DNA of 63,758 nt, counting the filler, from Reticulomyxa filosa (lineage: Eukaryota; Protista; Foraminifera), in assembly GCA_000512085.1 (NCBI GenBank). It is 15 parts of 15 records of this genome, joined end to end, with 100 filler letters (N's around TTAATTAATTAA, not from the genome) between each part and the next. Parts side by side here need not be neighbours in the genome. Positions count along the whole stretch, not along the records: positions 1 to 1,164 come from ASPP01002382.1; positions 1,265 to 9,361 come from ASPP01027096.1; positions 9,462 to 11,068 come from ASPP01024813.1; positions 11,169 to 14,618 come from ASPP01006144.1; 11 more parts are not named here. The stretch is one strand, 5' to 3'. The notes under the pieces are model-generated. The model saw only the letters and a list, made by a program, of their open reading frames with translations, ran no database searches and was not told the DNA's origin. Positions 1 to 12,630 of the stretch are shown piece after piece. The position numbers and the translations under genes were made by a program. Numbering within the stretch: the stretch's first letter is position 1; each line of letters starts with the position of its first letter.

Positions 1-1152
1 GTGGAGGGACTACGTAATTGGATTGGTACGTATCAACAATGGAAATCTTGGCAACAACGATCATTGGCGATGAATGAAAAGCAATCGCCTTTGGAAAGTA
101 TTGTGCAGCTGATCGAAACGGGATTGGACCCTAATCATCTCATTGCAACGGCGAGGGCACAGCAATTGCGAGGATTGCATCGTCAAGTCGGATTGAAGTT
201 TTTGGCTCTGTTGTTGCGAGAATCGATATCCGAAACATGTCGATTGCAATTTGTGGGAGTTGTTAGTGAATCTTTGCGCAATTCGGGACGTCCTTTTCAT
301 TATCCTTTGGTTTCGAAACATCGTCCAGCCAATTTGTTTGACAGTTTGGGCTGTTGCGATCTTCGAATTCAACGATCAATCCAACAACAATTGGGAGAGT
401 GCATTGATGTATTGGTGTCATTGGCCTTGAATGATCTCAAAGAAGAAGTGCCCTATTTGACACGCATTTTAGCACTCAGTGATGTGTTTAGTTTGTCATT
501 CCATGGAGACTTGCATGAAATCATCAAAGAGCAGAAATTACTTTCCGCCATCTTCCAATCGATCCATGACGAAGATAACGTCTTTGCTAAGTTGTTATGT
601 CTCCCACCGTCCACTGCGCCCACTTTTGCAGCGGGAGATGTCGTCCAGTTGAAAGCCGCTCTAAGCAATCGAAACACCGTTTCCAAGTCCAGCAATGCAT
701 CCGCATCACAACCAGCGCAAGATGCTGCGACTATATTTGGATCGGTTCAAAGTGAAAACACTACTCAAAAAAAAGACAAACATAAGAAAAAAAAACACAA
801 AAACAAAGACAAAAGCAAAAGCAAAAGCAAGAGAGAACATAAGAAAAAGGAAAAAACGGAAACGAAAGAGTCTGAGCCGACGACAAGTGAGAACAAGGAC
901 GTACTTGTCATTGCGGATGAACCCATTGCTGTTGTCGAAAAAGACAAGACAGAACAGCCATTGGAAGTCGTCGATACAACGAAAGAAAAAAAACATAAAA
1001 AAAAGGAAAAAAGAAAGCACAAAAAAGATAAAGTCAAAGAACCGGCCAAAGAAGAGGAAAAGCCCAAAGAAAGAACGATCAATGAAGAAAATAGAAAGAT
1101 TTTGGAAGCTTTTCACAGGTTTGCCAATCATTTTGTTTTTGACACACTTTAA
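1..1152 (+). CDS. Internal fragment of a large protein with a Lys/Glu-rich tract; weak resemblance to HECTD4-type giant E3 ligases
   Basis: 383-aa open frame from the window edge. The segment QQLRGLHRQVGLKFLALLL..RLQFVG..HY..IQRSIQ recalls a HECTD4 region from memory. No HECT domain is visible. Confidence 0.4.
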   Translation: MEGLRNWIGTYQQWKSWQQRSLAMNEKQSPLESIVQLIETGLDPNHLIATARAQQLRGLHRQVGLKFLALLLRESISETCRLQFVGVVSESLRNSGRPFHYPLVSKHRPANLFDSLGCCDLRIQRSIQQQLGECIDVLVSLALNDLKEEVPYLTRILALSDVFSLSFHGDLHEIIKEQKLLSAIFQSIHDEDNVFAKLLCLPPSTAPTFAAGDVVQLKAALSNRNTVSKSSNASASQPAQDAATIFGSVQSENTTQKKDKHKKKKHKNKDKSKSKSKREHKKKEKTETKESEPTTSENKDVLVIADEPIAVVEKDKTEQPLEVVDTTKEKKHKKKEKRKHKKDKVKEPAKEEEKPKERTINEENRKILEAFHRFANHFVFDTL

Positions 1153-1164
1153 ATAATCAAACAA

Positions 1165-1264
1165 NNNNNNNNNNNNNNNNNNNNNNNNNNNNNNNNNNNN
1201 NNNNNNNNTTAATTAATTAANNNNNNNNNNNNNNNNNNNNNNNNNNNNNNNNNNNNNNNNNNNN
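1165..1264. other. Artificial contig-joining spacer (N44-TTAATTAATTAA-N44), first of 14
   Basis: Identical 100-bp spacers start at 1165, 9362, 11069, 14619, 18817, 25372, 37562, 43200, 46298, 47704, 51755, 53116, 58726 and 61309. The 12-mer places stop codons in all six frames. Confidence 0.98.
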
Positions 1265-1288
1265 CAACAACAACAACAACAACAACAG

Positions 1289-1948
1289 ATACCATCAACA
1301 CATGCTCAGACGGCACGTTTTGGTCGAGTATATCATAATCATCCCTCGCAACAGGGAATGGTGAGCCCGTTGTCAGGTTCAATCAATCAAAACAATGTCT
1401 ATGGCGCAGGGACCACGGCTACCGCTTTTGACCACAACGCCATGGAGATTGAAGCGAATATGAATATGGAGGAGCCGGCAAGGGTGAATGCTCCCGCTCA
1501 CTCGCCAGTTTTTCATTCCGGGGACTCACACGGAAATTTGTCTGCCACGATGCCACCCTATCGCATAATGCCTTCACAGTATGCCCGAGGGAACATGCCT
1601 GAATACATACGGTCACCACCAATGTCCACAAGTAGCGCAACAAGTGGACCTATAAACACGATGGGACCGACTAGTGGGAATAAAATGTATTACAATTCTC
1701 AAACTGCACTGCCAATGCAATTCCCTAGAACGCAAAATCAAGGTCATATGGGAAGTTTGTCACCGCCCGTAACAGGTAAATATACGTATACATATGTGTA
1801 TATGTATACGTATGTTTTTTGTTTTTTTTTTTGCTTTAAATTGACAAAAATTGATATAATCCACTATAAAATAGATCGAACTCAGTTCACCAATGTATCA
1901 GCGATGCCACAACGACAAGGCGGTTCACACCAATATCGTGCTGAATGA
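1289..1948 (+). CDS. 3' end of a low-complexity Pro/Ser/Met/Gln-rich protein, function unknown
   Basis: Acceptor AG after a (CAA)n tract at 1287-1288; in-frame GT-AG intron 1776-1874; stop at 1948. Confidence 0.6.
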   Translation: MPSTHAQTARFGRVYHNHPSQQGMVSPLSGSINQNNVYGAGTTATAFDHNAMEIEANMNMEEPARVNAPAHSPVFHSGDSHGNLSATMPPYRIMPSQYARGNMPEYIRSPPMSTSSATSGPINTMGPTSGNKMYYNSQTALPMQFPRTQNQGHMGSLSPPVTGKYTYTYVYMYTYVFCFFFCFKLTKIDIIHYKIDRTQFTNVSAMPQRQGGSHQYRAE

Positions 1949-2731
1949 ACAACCAAACGCCACATTCCCCTTTTTTTCTCCTCCCTTTCTTTCAAATTTC
2001 TTTTGCTTTGCCGTTTTGTTCGTTCTTTTTATTTTATTTTATTTGTTCTTTGTTTTTTTTTTTATCCTTCACAAACGAAAGACAATGCATTGCACTGTTG
2101 ACTTCTTATGTGTTCAATTAAAAAGGGCAGTGTTTTTGAGTTTTGTTGCTTTATTTTTTTTTTTTTTTTCCCCTGACCAACGTCAATTTGCATATTTCCT
2201 TTGTGCAATGATTTTTTTCGTTGTGTGAAAATGTGCTTGCTTTGGTTTTCACGTTTTTCTTTTAAACAAATTTTATATTGTTTCTGACTGGTTTGTTTTT
2301 ATTTCTTGCTCTGTGAACGGTTGATTGACAATTTCCCCAAGATTCAAAAACTTGGAGCGTCGTTTCTCAATTTGGAATGTGTGTTATTACTATACACACA
2401 ATCATCTTTAAAAAAAAGTTGGTATTCTCGATTCTTGAAGGTAGAGTAAGAGAAAAATTGTTGTTTCTTTTTCCTTCAAATTTGGAAGGCTGTTTGCAAT
2501 AAATTTGGATTTTGAATGTTAAACACAGAGATCTGAAAATGTTTCGTATTTCTTGTTGCACAATCAGTGCTTCCATTTGTCGAGCTTTACATTAAATGAT
2601 ATCACTTAAGACAAGAGACATGCAAAATTTTGCAATAAATAAACCCAATTATTTGAGGATTCTTTTTGCTTTATTAAAAGAAACAAACCAAAAAATCACA
2701 AGACAAAATCCAACAAAACACGAAGGTACTC

Positions 2732-4041
2732 TTACACAGTAACAACTTTAAGATGTTTTGTGTTCGGTGGTTCATTAGTTGTGTCAGCAAAGACAATTTG
2801 ATGAACCTGATCTCTCAAAGGGAATAAGAGTCCATTCCCTATGGGAGCATAACAGATAGGCAAGAGCGCCAAGTAGTACTTGGATCCAAAAACTTGTTGG
2901 ATATTGAGTTGAGCACTTCCCAAGTCATACAAATATTTAAAGTGCCGTAGTTTTTTATTTTTGCGCGTTTTTCTCATTTCAGCATTCAAATTTTGAAAAG
3001 ACTCCAAAGTAGTTTGGTTATTGACCAATAAAAATGAATTCCACATTAGAAAAGTCAGCATCACCGCATTGACACCACAACACGCATAATAGCAAAACAT
3101 AAACCATTGATTTTCATCATTATAACGTCTGCCATTGAACCAAGACAACGAATTGTCATTCATCACAACAATTTTATTTTCTTCCAGCTTACAAAATATC
3201 GTTGGCAAAAATGTTAATATACAACTGGATACTTTGTACAATTCGAACAAGCGATTGTATCCAAAGTAGATAAAAAAGAATGTCCCAACCCACAAGTAAA
3301 ATAAAAACATATAAAAATATCGCTGGTTTCGAAACCCAACACAATTCCATATCCATGGACAGTGATGGTCCATTCGCAATATACATCTTTTATGTTACGT
3401 GTGTTAGTATTTTTTTGTTTGTTTTCCTTCATATCAATCAACAAAATGAACTCACTCTAATCTTATCGTGCCTCTATTTTTTTTAATGCCTCGTTTTTTT
3501 TTTTTTTTTATATTATGTGTTTATACCGATTGCAAACTCTACAGTGATGAGCTCTCCAAGGCTTTTCCGTTTGGCATTGTTTGCAATAGCGAACTGTTTC
3601 ATCATTTTTTAGTTCTGGATCATACTTAAAATATTCGTCTGGGACATTTTGGTATTTCGATGAATAGCCATCTGTGCATTTTGGTGCATAACCCGGAGAT
3701 ATCCACACGCAACTTTGATGATTGAAGAGCACACTCACAAACAACCACAAGAACACCCCTGTCACATTAATAGCTGTCGATAAAGAGGTCTCACGTACGA
3801 GGTGTGGATGAATTTGGATGATGTATTGAAAACTCACTATCAGGATCAATAACACTGCGATTATGGCCAAACATGGACCTAAAGACGCCGTGCCCTTGTC
3901 TATCGAACCGTTCAAACAGTTACATCCCCGTTTTGTCGGCTTCTTGCAAACTAAACAGCATTTGAGAGAAAATAGGGCACGACGACGACAATTAAATTTC
4001 CTGTAATTGAGAATATTTCTCAGCCATTTTATCAGCTTCAT
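2732..4041 (-). CDS. DHHC-type protein S-palmitoyltransferase (ZDHHC family)
   Basis: Splicing out 3526-3387 gives [44 protein letters not shown]. Four hydrophobic segments and the NQTTLE (TTxE) motif are present. A probable second 45-nt in-frame intron lies near 3189-3233. Confidence 0.95.
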
Positions 4042-4277
4042 ACCTTCAATTCAAAGGGGTAATCAGCTTAAAAAATTCATTCCCAGTTGGATCAACCGTG
4101 AATTTGGAAAAAATTGTATCGTTTTTTTCTCTTAAAAAAGAAGTTAATTTATTTTTTTAAAACATAGCACTACTAACTCTTTTGTCAATGGTCAGAATTT
4201 TTGTTTAAACGAAAAAAAGCAAGAGTAGTTGATACATTAATAGACACTATCGCAAAATGAAAAACCTACAAAAAACT

Positions 4278-4973
4278 TTAGCAAACTGTTCCAAACTGTT
4301 GAAGTATGGAAAGTTGAGTTTGTTTAAAAGTTGCAACAACAATTTGTCTGTGATTTTCAAAATGCTCAACTTTCCAATGAGTATTGTGGTTAGAAAGTAG
4401 AAATTGTTTGGTTTTCATGTTTACATATAAGGTTTGAGGAACATTGCGCTTCATTATAAAAGTGTTCTTAGAGATTGTGTCCAAACGAGAGCGTCCGTAC
4501 GAATAAATGCCGTGTCTCTTGTCAAAAGCCTGATGGAGACACACACCCATTTGATAACGGCCCGAACTCTTCACTGGCCATTCAAACTCAAAGAGACTGA
4601 CACCACACTCGGCATCCACTTGGTCACTATTGAACATAAATTCGCACATGAATTCCATTGGCTCACTAAGCTTTTCCCCAAACTCAAAAAGGAAGTACTC
4701 TGTCCCTTCACAAGAAAGACCATCCGCAGACACTTTCATCATTGGGGCTATGTCGGGCGGATATTTTACTCGAGTCTTTGTTATTCGAAAAGAATTCATT
4801 GTTAAATACATTATAATCAAGTCCAACAACACCTGTGGGACAAAAATTCTTGGGCTTGCTTCTTTCGCCCAGGTTGCTAGCACTGTCTCAAAAATATATT
4901 TTTGACGCTCTTTGAAAGAAGTAACATTCATATAACCGCCTGTCATTGAAACAAGGCAAGATTCCTTATTCAT
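4278..4973 (-). CDS. Hypothetical protein: N-terminal helical box plus a beta-rich, SPRY-like domain
   Basis: Intronless ORF. N-terminal IFETVLATWAKE..VPQVLLDLIIMY is followed by alternating beta-strand patterns ending in QTLYVNMKTKQF. The start codon is uncertain. Confidence 0.55.
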   Translation of the reverse strand: MNKESCLVSMTGGYMNVTSFKERQKYIFETVLATWAKEASPRIFVPQVLLDLIIMYLTMNSFRITKTRVKYPPDIAPMMKVSADGLSCEGTEYFLFEFGEKLSEPMEFMCEFMFNSDQVDAECGVSLFEFEWPVKSSGRYQMGVCLHQAFDKRHGIYSYGRSRLDTISKNTFIMKRNVPQTLYVNMKTKQFLLSNHNTHWKVEHFENHRQIVVATFKQTQLSILQQFGTVC

Positions 4974-5630
4974 CAAACAATAATTGTATTTTTCAACTAT
5001 TTCTTTCTTCGCTCCTTGGAAGTTCACACCTTTCTCCTTTGAAAACGTTACAAACAATCCACTTGACTTTGATTTCGGGATATTTTAGTTGTATTTAAAA
5101 CTTATAACACGCTTTATATACTCCAGAAAAGGGTTATGTGTTAGTGCTTGTAAAAATTAGAGCATCATTTAAATACTTCTTTCGTTTTTGTTTGATCTAA
5201 GAGAAAAAATAGCATTCAAGATGAATTAAAGCAATGTGAGTTGTTTTCAAGGTATGGATAGCTCTTATATCAAAAATTACTATTTTTAAGCACGATATGG
5301 TACTCTTTAATGCTTTTAAAAGTACTGCGAGAGACGGTTTTGTTCCAAAGCTTGAGAAGCAGAATTACCCCCTCAGTGAACTTTAAGCTCTAGCTTTCAT
5401 TGCCTTGCTGCCTGTTTCCTTGTTTGCCCCTGACTCTAGAATTAGCATCTCTTTGGTGCAACAAATCAGCATAATATGTAAAAAAAAAATGTTAAAATTA
5501 GTTTTTTCCGCTTTCTTCCGGAACACCATGAAAAAGAGAATAGCACGGCAATCTCAGGAAACGAAGTTCGAACGGGTTGGACGAAGAGAACGTAAACGAA
5601 GGAGAAAAAGAGGAAGATAGTACCAAAAAT

Positions 5631-6994
5631 ATGCAATGGAAACCGCATGATGGGGATTGGGGTATATATGTGAGCAACAAACGTCGCAAGCTGAGTCACC
5701 AATTTAAAGACAAGGTCGAGCAATCATCGGACTTGTTCCACAAGCATGTTTTTTGGGTCAATGGCCGAACGAATGTTGAGTGAACAAATTGCACTATCAA
5801 AGCAAGCCATTACGTTTCCACAACTTTTACTCATCTTTTATATTTTATATTTTATATTTTATATTTATTTATTTAAAAAAAAAAAAAAAAGGAAGAAATA
5901 ACCTTCAAAAGTTAAATGTTTGATACGAAAGCCGTCAGCAGCTGTGTTGCACGAAAAATATTGGAAAACGGAGGCATGGTGGTGAATACGTTGTCGTCAA
6001 CTACGACCCACATAATTGCAGACGTTCTGCCAGCGACGAAATTGAGACAAGCATGGGATGGGAAAGTACGCATACCGACAGTGAGGCCCGCCTGGGTGAT
6101 GGACTGCGTGCATGCTCAGAAGTTGCTCGCTATGGACGAATATCGTCTGAAAGGGACGTCGCCTGCACGCGGAGATGGCAATGTGTCCTTGTATCTCATG
6201 CCACCCAAACATGCAAAAGAACAATCTCTTCCAAACACTATCAACAATTCGATCCACTTTGGTATGCCATACGTATAAGCATGTTAACAACAACAAAAAA
6301 AAAGAGTGAGTATATATGTATACGTACGCATGTATGTGCGTATACGTAAAGAGGAAAATAGAGAGAGAGAGAGAGAGAGAAAAAGCAAAAAAACAACGAA
6401 TACTACAAACAAATTTTTTCACTATACATCGAAATAAAATAGAAAAGCAAGGGGGACCAAAATCAACATTGACACATCCAGACTTTGTCAAACAATACTT
6501 TGCAAACTCCAGACTCCACTTTATCGGGTCGTGGAAACATAAGTTCGAAAGCTTGTATCCAACCCTGTTCAAATCCATCAAACCAAGATATGATGCTATG
6601 TTGCTTTCGGATCATTGTTATAAGGACTTAAAACACTTTTTATCCTTTAAGAGAAGAAAGAGGAACAAAAAATTATATATGTATATATGTATATACATAT
6701 ATACATATACGTACATACGTATATGTTTATGGTGTTCATTATTTTTTGCAAAGGTGATAGGTACGTAATCCATGTGGACATGGACTGCTATTTCGTTTCG
6801 GTAGTGGTAAGAAACCGCCCCGAGCTGGAAGGAAAGCCAGTAGTGGTGTGTCACTCCGACGCGGAGCGTGGAACTAGCGAAGTGTCGTCCGCCAATTATG
6901 AAGCTAGGAAATACGGTATTTGTGCCGGCATGGTATCAAACAAAAAAAAAAAAAAGAGGGTAATGTATCAAGAGTCACAGATTTAATAGTTTTA

Positions 6995-7036
<42 letters not shown>

Positions 7037-8956
7037 GTATTTTTTTTTTTGTTTTGGCTTGCTTGAATGAAAAATACTCACAAAAAGTGGATGCGAAAAG
7101 CAAAAGAACTTTGCCCCGAGGTAAAAGTTGTTGCGTATGACTTTGAAGAGTACTTGCGCGTTTCGACAAGGATTTACGAAATTTTTTTTGCGTATACAAA
7201 TATGGTGCAAGCGCAAAGTATTGACGAAGCATACTTGCAATTTCCAAAGGTTGGAGTCAGTGACCCTTCGCAGCTTGCAAATGATATCAGGAGGGACATT
7301 TTCAAAGCCACGCAATGCACTGCCAGTGCGGGCGTTGCTGAAAGCATGCTGCTTGCTCGTGTCGCCACTGCAAGAGCCAAACCCAATGGTTGTCATTTTT
7401 TCAAGACCAGAGAAGATGCGGAAAAAGATATTGAAGAAATGGCAATTGCTTTATTGCCAGGTTTTTTTTTTTCATTGTGGTTGTGTGATAAGTTATTGAT
7501 GGGCCAGCCTTCAAAAAAATAAATTAAATGCCCCCATGTCACTGGAACGAACAGGCGTGGGATACAGGTTTAGAGAAAGACTTGAAGAATTGGGCGTAAA
7601 AAATTGCCGAGATCTCAAAAACTTTACCAAATCACATCTTCAACGAGAGTTTGGCAAAGTGGGCGAAACATTTTTTAATTATGTTCGCGGCGTTGACAAC
7701 CGTTCGTTGGTTATAGAAAGGCTTCGAAAAAGTGTTGGAGCAGAAGTAGGATGGGGAGTCCGCTTTGAAACCCTCAAACAAGTTAAAGAATTTATTGATG
7801 ACTTGGCAGAGGAAGTCTCCTCCCGCTTGTTATCAGTCGGTGGAAAAGGGGCCAAGGGCAAAAAAATTCATTTGAGGTTGAAGTCAAAACACAAAGACGC
7901 CCCGGAATCAACATACAAATTTCTGGGGCAAGGATGGTGTGATACAGTCACCCGCTGTGTTCAATTGCCATTAGCTACCAATGACAAACATGTCATTGCA
8001 GAAACAGTACATGACATGTATTTAAAACTGAACGTTCCCCCTGGCATCGTTCGGTCTGTTGGTATCCAAGTTGCTCAAGTTAACTTTTCAATAATCTTTT
8101 TTAAACTCTTTTTTTTGACTTGTGTATTTTTAAATCTTTTTGATTATGTGTTGAAGCTACAATACTCTGACAATGAAAGCAAGGTCCAACCGACTGGCTC
8201 TAAAATAATAGAATTTCTGTCAAAAAATGAAGTCAATAAAGAAGAAGCGAAAAGAGTGACAGCAAAATTAATAGTTATTGAATTTGTTGTAAAAATATTA
8301 TTCTTTTATCACATGCAATTATTTACTCCTCTCATTCCCTTCCCTCATAGGAAAATCCATTACGACAATTAAACATGGGGATACCAACGAACATAACGAA
8401 GCCAAACGCAAATGAAACCTTAAGAGGCAAAAGTGGAGCCTCTGTTGGACACAAACATTCTACAGCAAAAACTTCACATACATTCTTTTTCACAAAAACA
8501 GAGTCATTTCCAAACAAAACTAAAAATGAATTGGTTATTGGCAGCGCAAATGTGCCAAAGCAATCTTGTACTTTTGCTAACAAAGACGTATCCTCTTTTT
8601 TTGTTCAAGAATCTTTTGATGAAATCAGGTTTGTTGAAGTGGATTGAATATACTCTCTTTTTTTTTTTTTTACACTTGTTTGGTATAAATAAATATTTTG
8701 GGATGAAATGTGAAGGCCATCACTAATAAAATGGCTAAATTATTGCGAGATTGCAAACGACTGCCATTACTCTTTGCTAAAGTTGTATCTTTTGGATTGT
8801 CTCGAACAAGAACGATTGGAACATGTTACGCAAGTGCTGCGATGCGTAAACTGGTTTGGAACGAAAAATGATTCGTGGCAACGGGTTGTCAAAATGTTGA
8901 CCGATGAAATCCAAGCTATTTTACAAAAAAAATATTGTGGTACACTTGACTTGTAA
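5631..8956 (+). CDS. REV1: Y-family translesion deoxycytidyl transferase REV1 (multi-exon)
   Basis: GIYVSNKRRKL plus a BRCT domain (FWVNG..THII..VRPAWVMDCV), N-digit SRLHFIGSWK, HVDMDCYF, SANYEARKYG, SIDEAY, RKSVGAEVGWGVRF and a C-terminal domain ending QKKYCGTL. The exact start and some splice sites are uncertain. Confidence 0.93.
6995..7036. repeat. (ATT)n microsatellite within a REV1 intron
   Basis: A tandem ATT run is directly visible. Similar (CAA)n, (TA)n, (TG)n and (AAT)n tracts recur in introns and at contig ends throughout the window. Confidence 0.85.
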
Positions 8957-9461
8957 AATTGCTTTGCACTCCATTTCCACTTTTAAATTTTTTTCTATTA
9001 TACCTAAAATACATCTTTTAACACAATCAATTTACTTTATCTTGGAAATAATACTCTGTTCCAAAATTTTCCTTTTTTAAAATTTTATAATCAAAACATT
9101 GAAATGTTTTCAAGTATCCTGAATTAGAAACTTTTCAACGCCATTTTTTTGTTTTTGATCCATTACACGAACGTTTAAAAAGAATTTTTAGAGCAAATGC
9201 TCTCAATGCTAGAGCAAACTTTATTGATATTTTTGAAAGTAAAAAAAGGTTTGTTTGAACGGAAGCATTTTTTGTGTAAACAGTTAGTTGTTTTAGACTG
9301 TTTCATTCTTTGTATCGAAGAAGAATGAAAAGAAAAAAAGTTGGAAATGACGGCTATTGCANNNNNNNNNNNNNNNNNNNNNNNNNNNNNNNNNNNNNNN
9401 NNNNNTTAATTAATTAANNNNNNNNNNNNNNNNNNNNNNNNNNNNNNNNNNNNNNNNNNNN

Positions 9462-11068
9462 AACGACAAGACGGCAGGAGGGAAGTCGTTAAGTATTTGT
9501 CGAAAGTGTCCCGATATTTGTTTAGCTTGATCACTGTTCTTGTTCATGTGTTGCGACACAATGTATAGACAGCTCAATAGAGACGACATTCCTGATTGGC
9601 TTTGGTGCACATATGGATCCATGCTGGTTCTAAGCCAAACATGTCTTCATATCCACTACCTTCATTACCACTGCTGTTGCTGTTGCTGCTGGGACCTTGT
9701 GCTGCGGCTTTACCACTTCGCACTTGTGTGCTCAAACTGTATACGTTACGTGGGGCTACGTATAACGTGTCTTCTCCATCCCATGATATTGCGTCCAACA
9801 TTTGTGACATTTTCACATCGCCGTCCACTGCTCCTCCATCTCGACCTGATAACAGGTGGCCTTTGCAAAACAGGTCCAATGTTACCATACACTTGTCACG
9901 CACGGTGACGGTGAGCTTCAATTCGTGCTTGTACCCAGCCAATTCGACCAATGATAACTTGTCCTTCAACTCGTTCCCTTTCGCTTGCTCGTCGCTGTTC
10001 AAAAACACCTGCTGCTTTGCCGATATTATTTCCTCACGTTGCTGGATCTCGTGCTTCACGTCCCGGATCGTGTGCTTCGACTCCATGTCGATCACCACCG
10101 TTTTCGCAAACGGCTTCTTGTCGCACTTTACCGTCACTTGGATCGAGTGCGAGTGCGACATCATCCCACATATTGACACCACGCTTCCGTCACTCAAGTC
10201 TAGAGACGACAGCAACGTCTCTTTCGTTTCAAATCCAATGTCTTTGTCTTGAAACATTATTCTTCTATCTTTCGTCGTTGCCTTTTTTTTTTTTAAATTC
10301 CCAAAAAAAAAAAATCCCCCCCCTCTTGGCATGTTGCTAAAAAAAACTTTTTTGAAATAACAACTTGTTCAAAACAGATTATTCAAACAGTCACAACAAC
10401 AATCAAATACAAATAAAAAAAATGCAAACATTCAATTGCAGTTCCACTGCTTCAATAAAGTCCTTCAAAGTCGCCTTTTTGGAAATGATGACGTCATCGG
10501 AACGATAGGCCCCGTTCACCCCAAGACACACAGTCACACTCATTTGGCTTTCGTCTTTCTTTTTCGTCACATATTTGCTTGCTTCTTTGTTCAGTTTGAA
10601 TTTCCATCTGTGATCGGTGTACGTATTGTGCGTCATATGGAGAAAGGGGGAAAAAAAAAAAGAAGGTAGAGAGGGGAATGAAACACAAAAGGTTCAAAAA
10701 TATGTTGCCATTGTTTTCGAATCTCTTTGTTGCATGCAAGGATAACAATTGACAACAGACACGCAACTGTTGCAAACAAAGAGGACATCGGAAATGCGAC
10801 TTCAATGTATTTTCCAAACAATGGACGTGGAACACATGATTACACTCGCCTTGAGCAATTGCACACGATTCGACATTCGCGTTGCTCTCCTCGCACTCTG
10901 CACAACGACCCATTAAGTCATTGCGACACATGCGACATTCTAACTTCCCACCGGAAGCCTTTTTTTAAAAAAGAACAAGGTGCGTGCAAAAAAAAAAGGG
11001 GGGGGAGAAATTCTATACACGTACAAAAAAAAAAACAAACATCCACAGCAAAAGATGAGGTGGCCTTT
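9462..11068 (-). CDS. Partial multidomain protein: RBX1/APC11-like RING-H2 followed by ubiquitin-like domain(s) and a helical domain
   Basis: RING at ~10770-10940: CRMCRNDLMGRCAECEES..CAIAQGECNHVFHVHCLENTLKSHFRCPLC. Ubl at ~9900-10145: IQVTVKC..KTVVIDMESKHTIRDVKHEIQQREEIISAKQQVFL. A 1-nt frameshift near 9618 restores AWIPYVHQSQSGMSSLLSCLY..FPPAV. Confidence 0.7.
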
Positions 11069-11170
11069 NNNNNNNNNNNNNNNNNNNNNNNNNNNNNNNN
11101 NNNNNNNNNNNNTTAATTAATTAANNNNNNNNNNNNNNNNNNNNNNNNNNNNNNNNNNNNNNNNNNNNAT

Positions 11171-11647
11171 GGATATACTATTTGTTCTGGATCATGGGAT
11201 AATACTATTCGTATTTGGGATATTGAAAAAATTAAACATTTTATTATATTTAAAGGACATAATAAAGCATTAAGAAGTGTAAAACATGGATTAAATATAA
11301 TATTATCTGGATCAGAAGATAAAACTATTCGTTTATGGGATATTAGATCTGGTCAACAAATTCAAATATTTAATGGACATACAAAATGGGTAAATTCTGT
11401 TCAATATTCACCATTCTTAATTAATAATTCAAATATAATATGTTCTGGATCAAAAGATAATACAATTCGTTTTTGGGATATTCGATCAAATAAAAAGGAA
11501 TTATATATTATTTATGGTGATCATAAAAAAGATTGTGGAATATCATGTTTTACATTTTTACCATTAAAAAAGAAAGAGAAAAGTATTGAAACATGTTTAA
11601 GTTTATGTTATGGATCATATTATGGTTCTATTCGTATTTGGGGATAA
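11171..11647 (+). CDS. C-terminal part of a WD40-repeat protein of the lineage-expanded family (missed by the ORF track)
   Basis: GYTICSGSWDNTIRIWDIE..GH..SGSEDKTIRLWDIRSG..GH..CSGSKDNTIRFWDIRS..LCYGSYYGSIRIWG-stop. Confidence 0.92.
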   Translation, partial: GYTICSGSWDNTIRIWDIEKIKHFIIFKGHNKALRSVKHGLNIILSGSEDKTIRLWDIRSGQQIQIFNGHTKWVNSVQYSPFLINNSNIICSGSKDNTIRFWDIRSNKKELYIIYGDHKKDCGISCFTFLPLKKKEKSIETCLSLCYGSYYGSIRIWG

Positions 11648-11939
11648 ATATTTGTTTTTAATGTATTGTGTATAAATTTAATTGTGAGTTTTGGTAAATA
11701 ATAAATAATCAACAGTAAAAAAAAAATGATATGATATGTGTTGTTTAACATTGGATTTAAGCTTTAAATAAATGATAATATTTTTTAAAAAAAAATTCAA
11801 GAAAAAGTTTTCATCATCTTCTTTTTGATACAAGAAAGGACACAAAAAAATGAGGAGTATAAGTAGTACTACTAAAAAAAGAAGCTTCTTTTTGTATTGT
11901 ATAAAGAGTAAATCATTAAAAAGACAAATAGTTTGAAAA

Positions 11940-12280
11940 TGAAATAATGATAATAATTGAACATTGGATTTGAATTTTGAATATAAACTTGATAAATTTG
12001 TTGCTCAATATATTAAGAAGTGTTTAAAATATAGACAAAAGGTTTTCAATTGTTAAAGATTTTACAATAACATGAAAAATATATAAGAAAAGTAAAGTTG
12101 TTTTTAGGATATCTTATCGGAAAATTAATTCAAAATATCAAAGGATATCTCAAATGGATTGTAACTACATTAAATAAATCATATAGATATTTGTTCAGAT
12201 GGAAATACAATTGTATTAGGTTTTTAGTGATGAAATAATTGAAATTTGGGGATATATAATTTAAACATGATTAAATCTTT
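11940..12280 (+). pseudogene. Decayed N-terminal relic of a WD40-family gene
   Basis: EIMIIIEHWI*ILNI..DKFVAQY followed by an SDGNTIVLGF*..EIW remnant, with stops and frameshifts. Confidence 0.5.
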
Positions 12281-12630
12281 GAAACTTTTTTAATTAAATT
12301 CCAATCTCCAAAATTAGACATAATATAAGTAATATATTCAATTTCATTGTTAAGAAGTTTTGTATAATTCACTTCCGAAATAGTTACAAACTCACTTTGT
12401 TATTATTTTTTATACCCGAGGTTGATAAGATATGTGATTGATATATCAAACATCCTGTTTTTGGTTTCCAAAATTAACTCATCCAAACTATTTCAATACT
12501 CTTCAAAAAAATATTTTAAATTAATTATTTTTTGTTTCTTTCTGCAGTTCCAAGTTGAATATCCCGCTTAACCAACTTCTATTTATTATTCTTGAAGTTC
12601 ACTGAAAAGGGACAGAAACATTTTGAAATA

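Noticed and set aside
7215-7235. REV1 catalytic motif SIDE rather than vertebrate SCDE
   Set aside because: SIDE is also found in budding-yeast Rev1 and other Y-family polymerases, so it is not novel.
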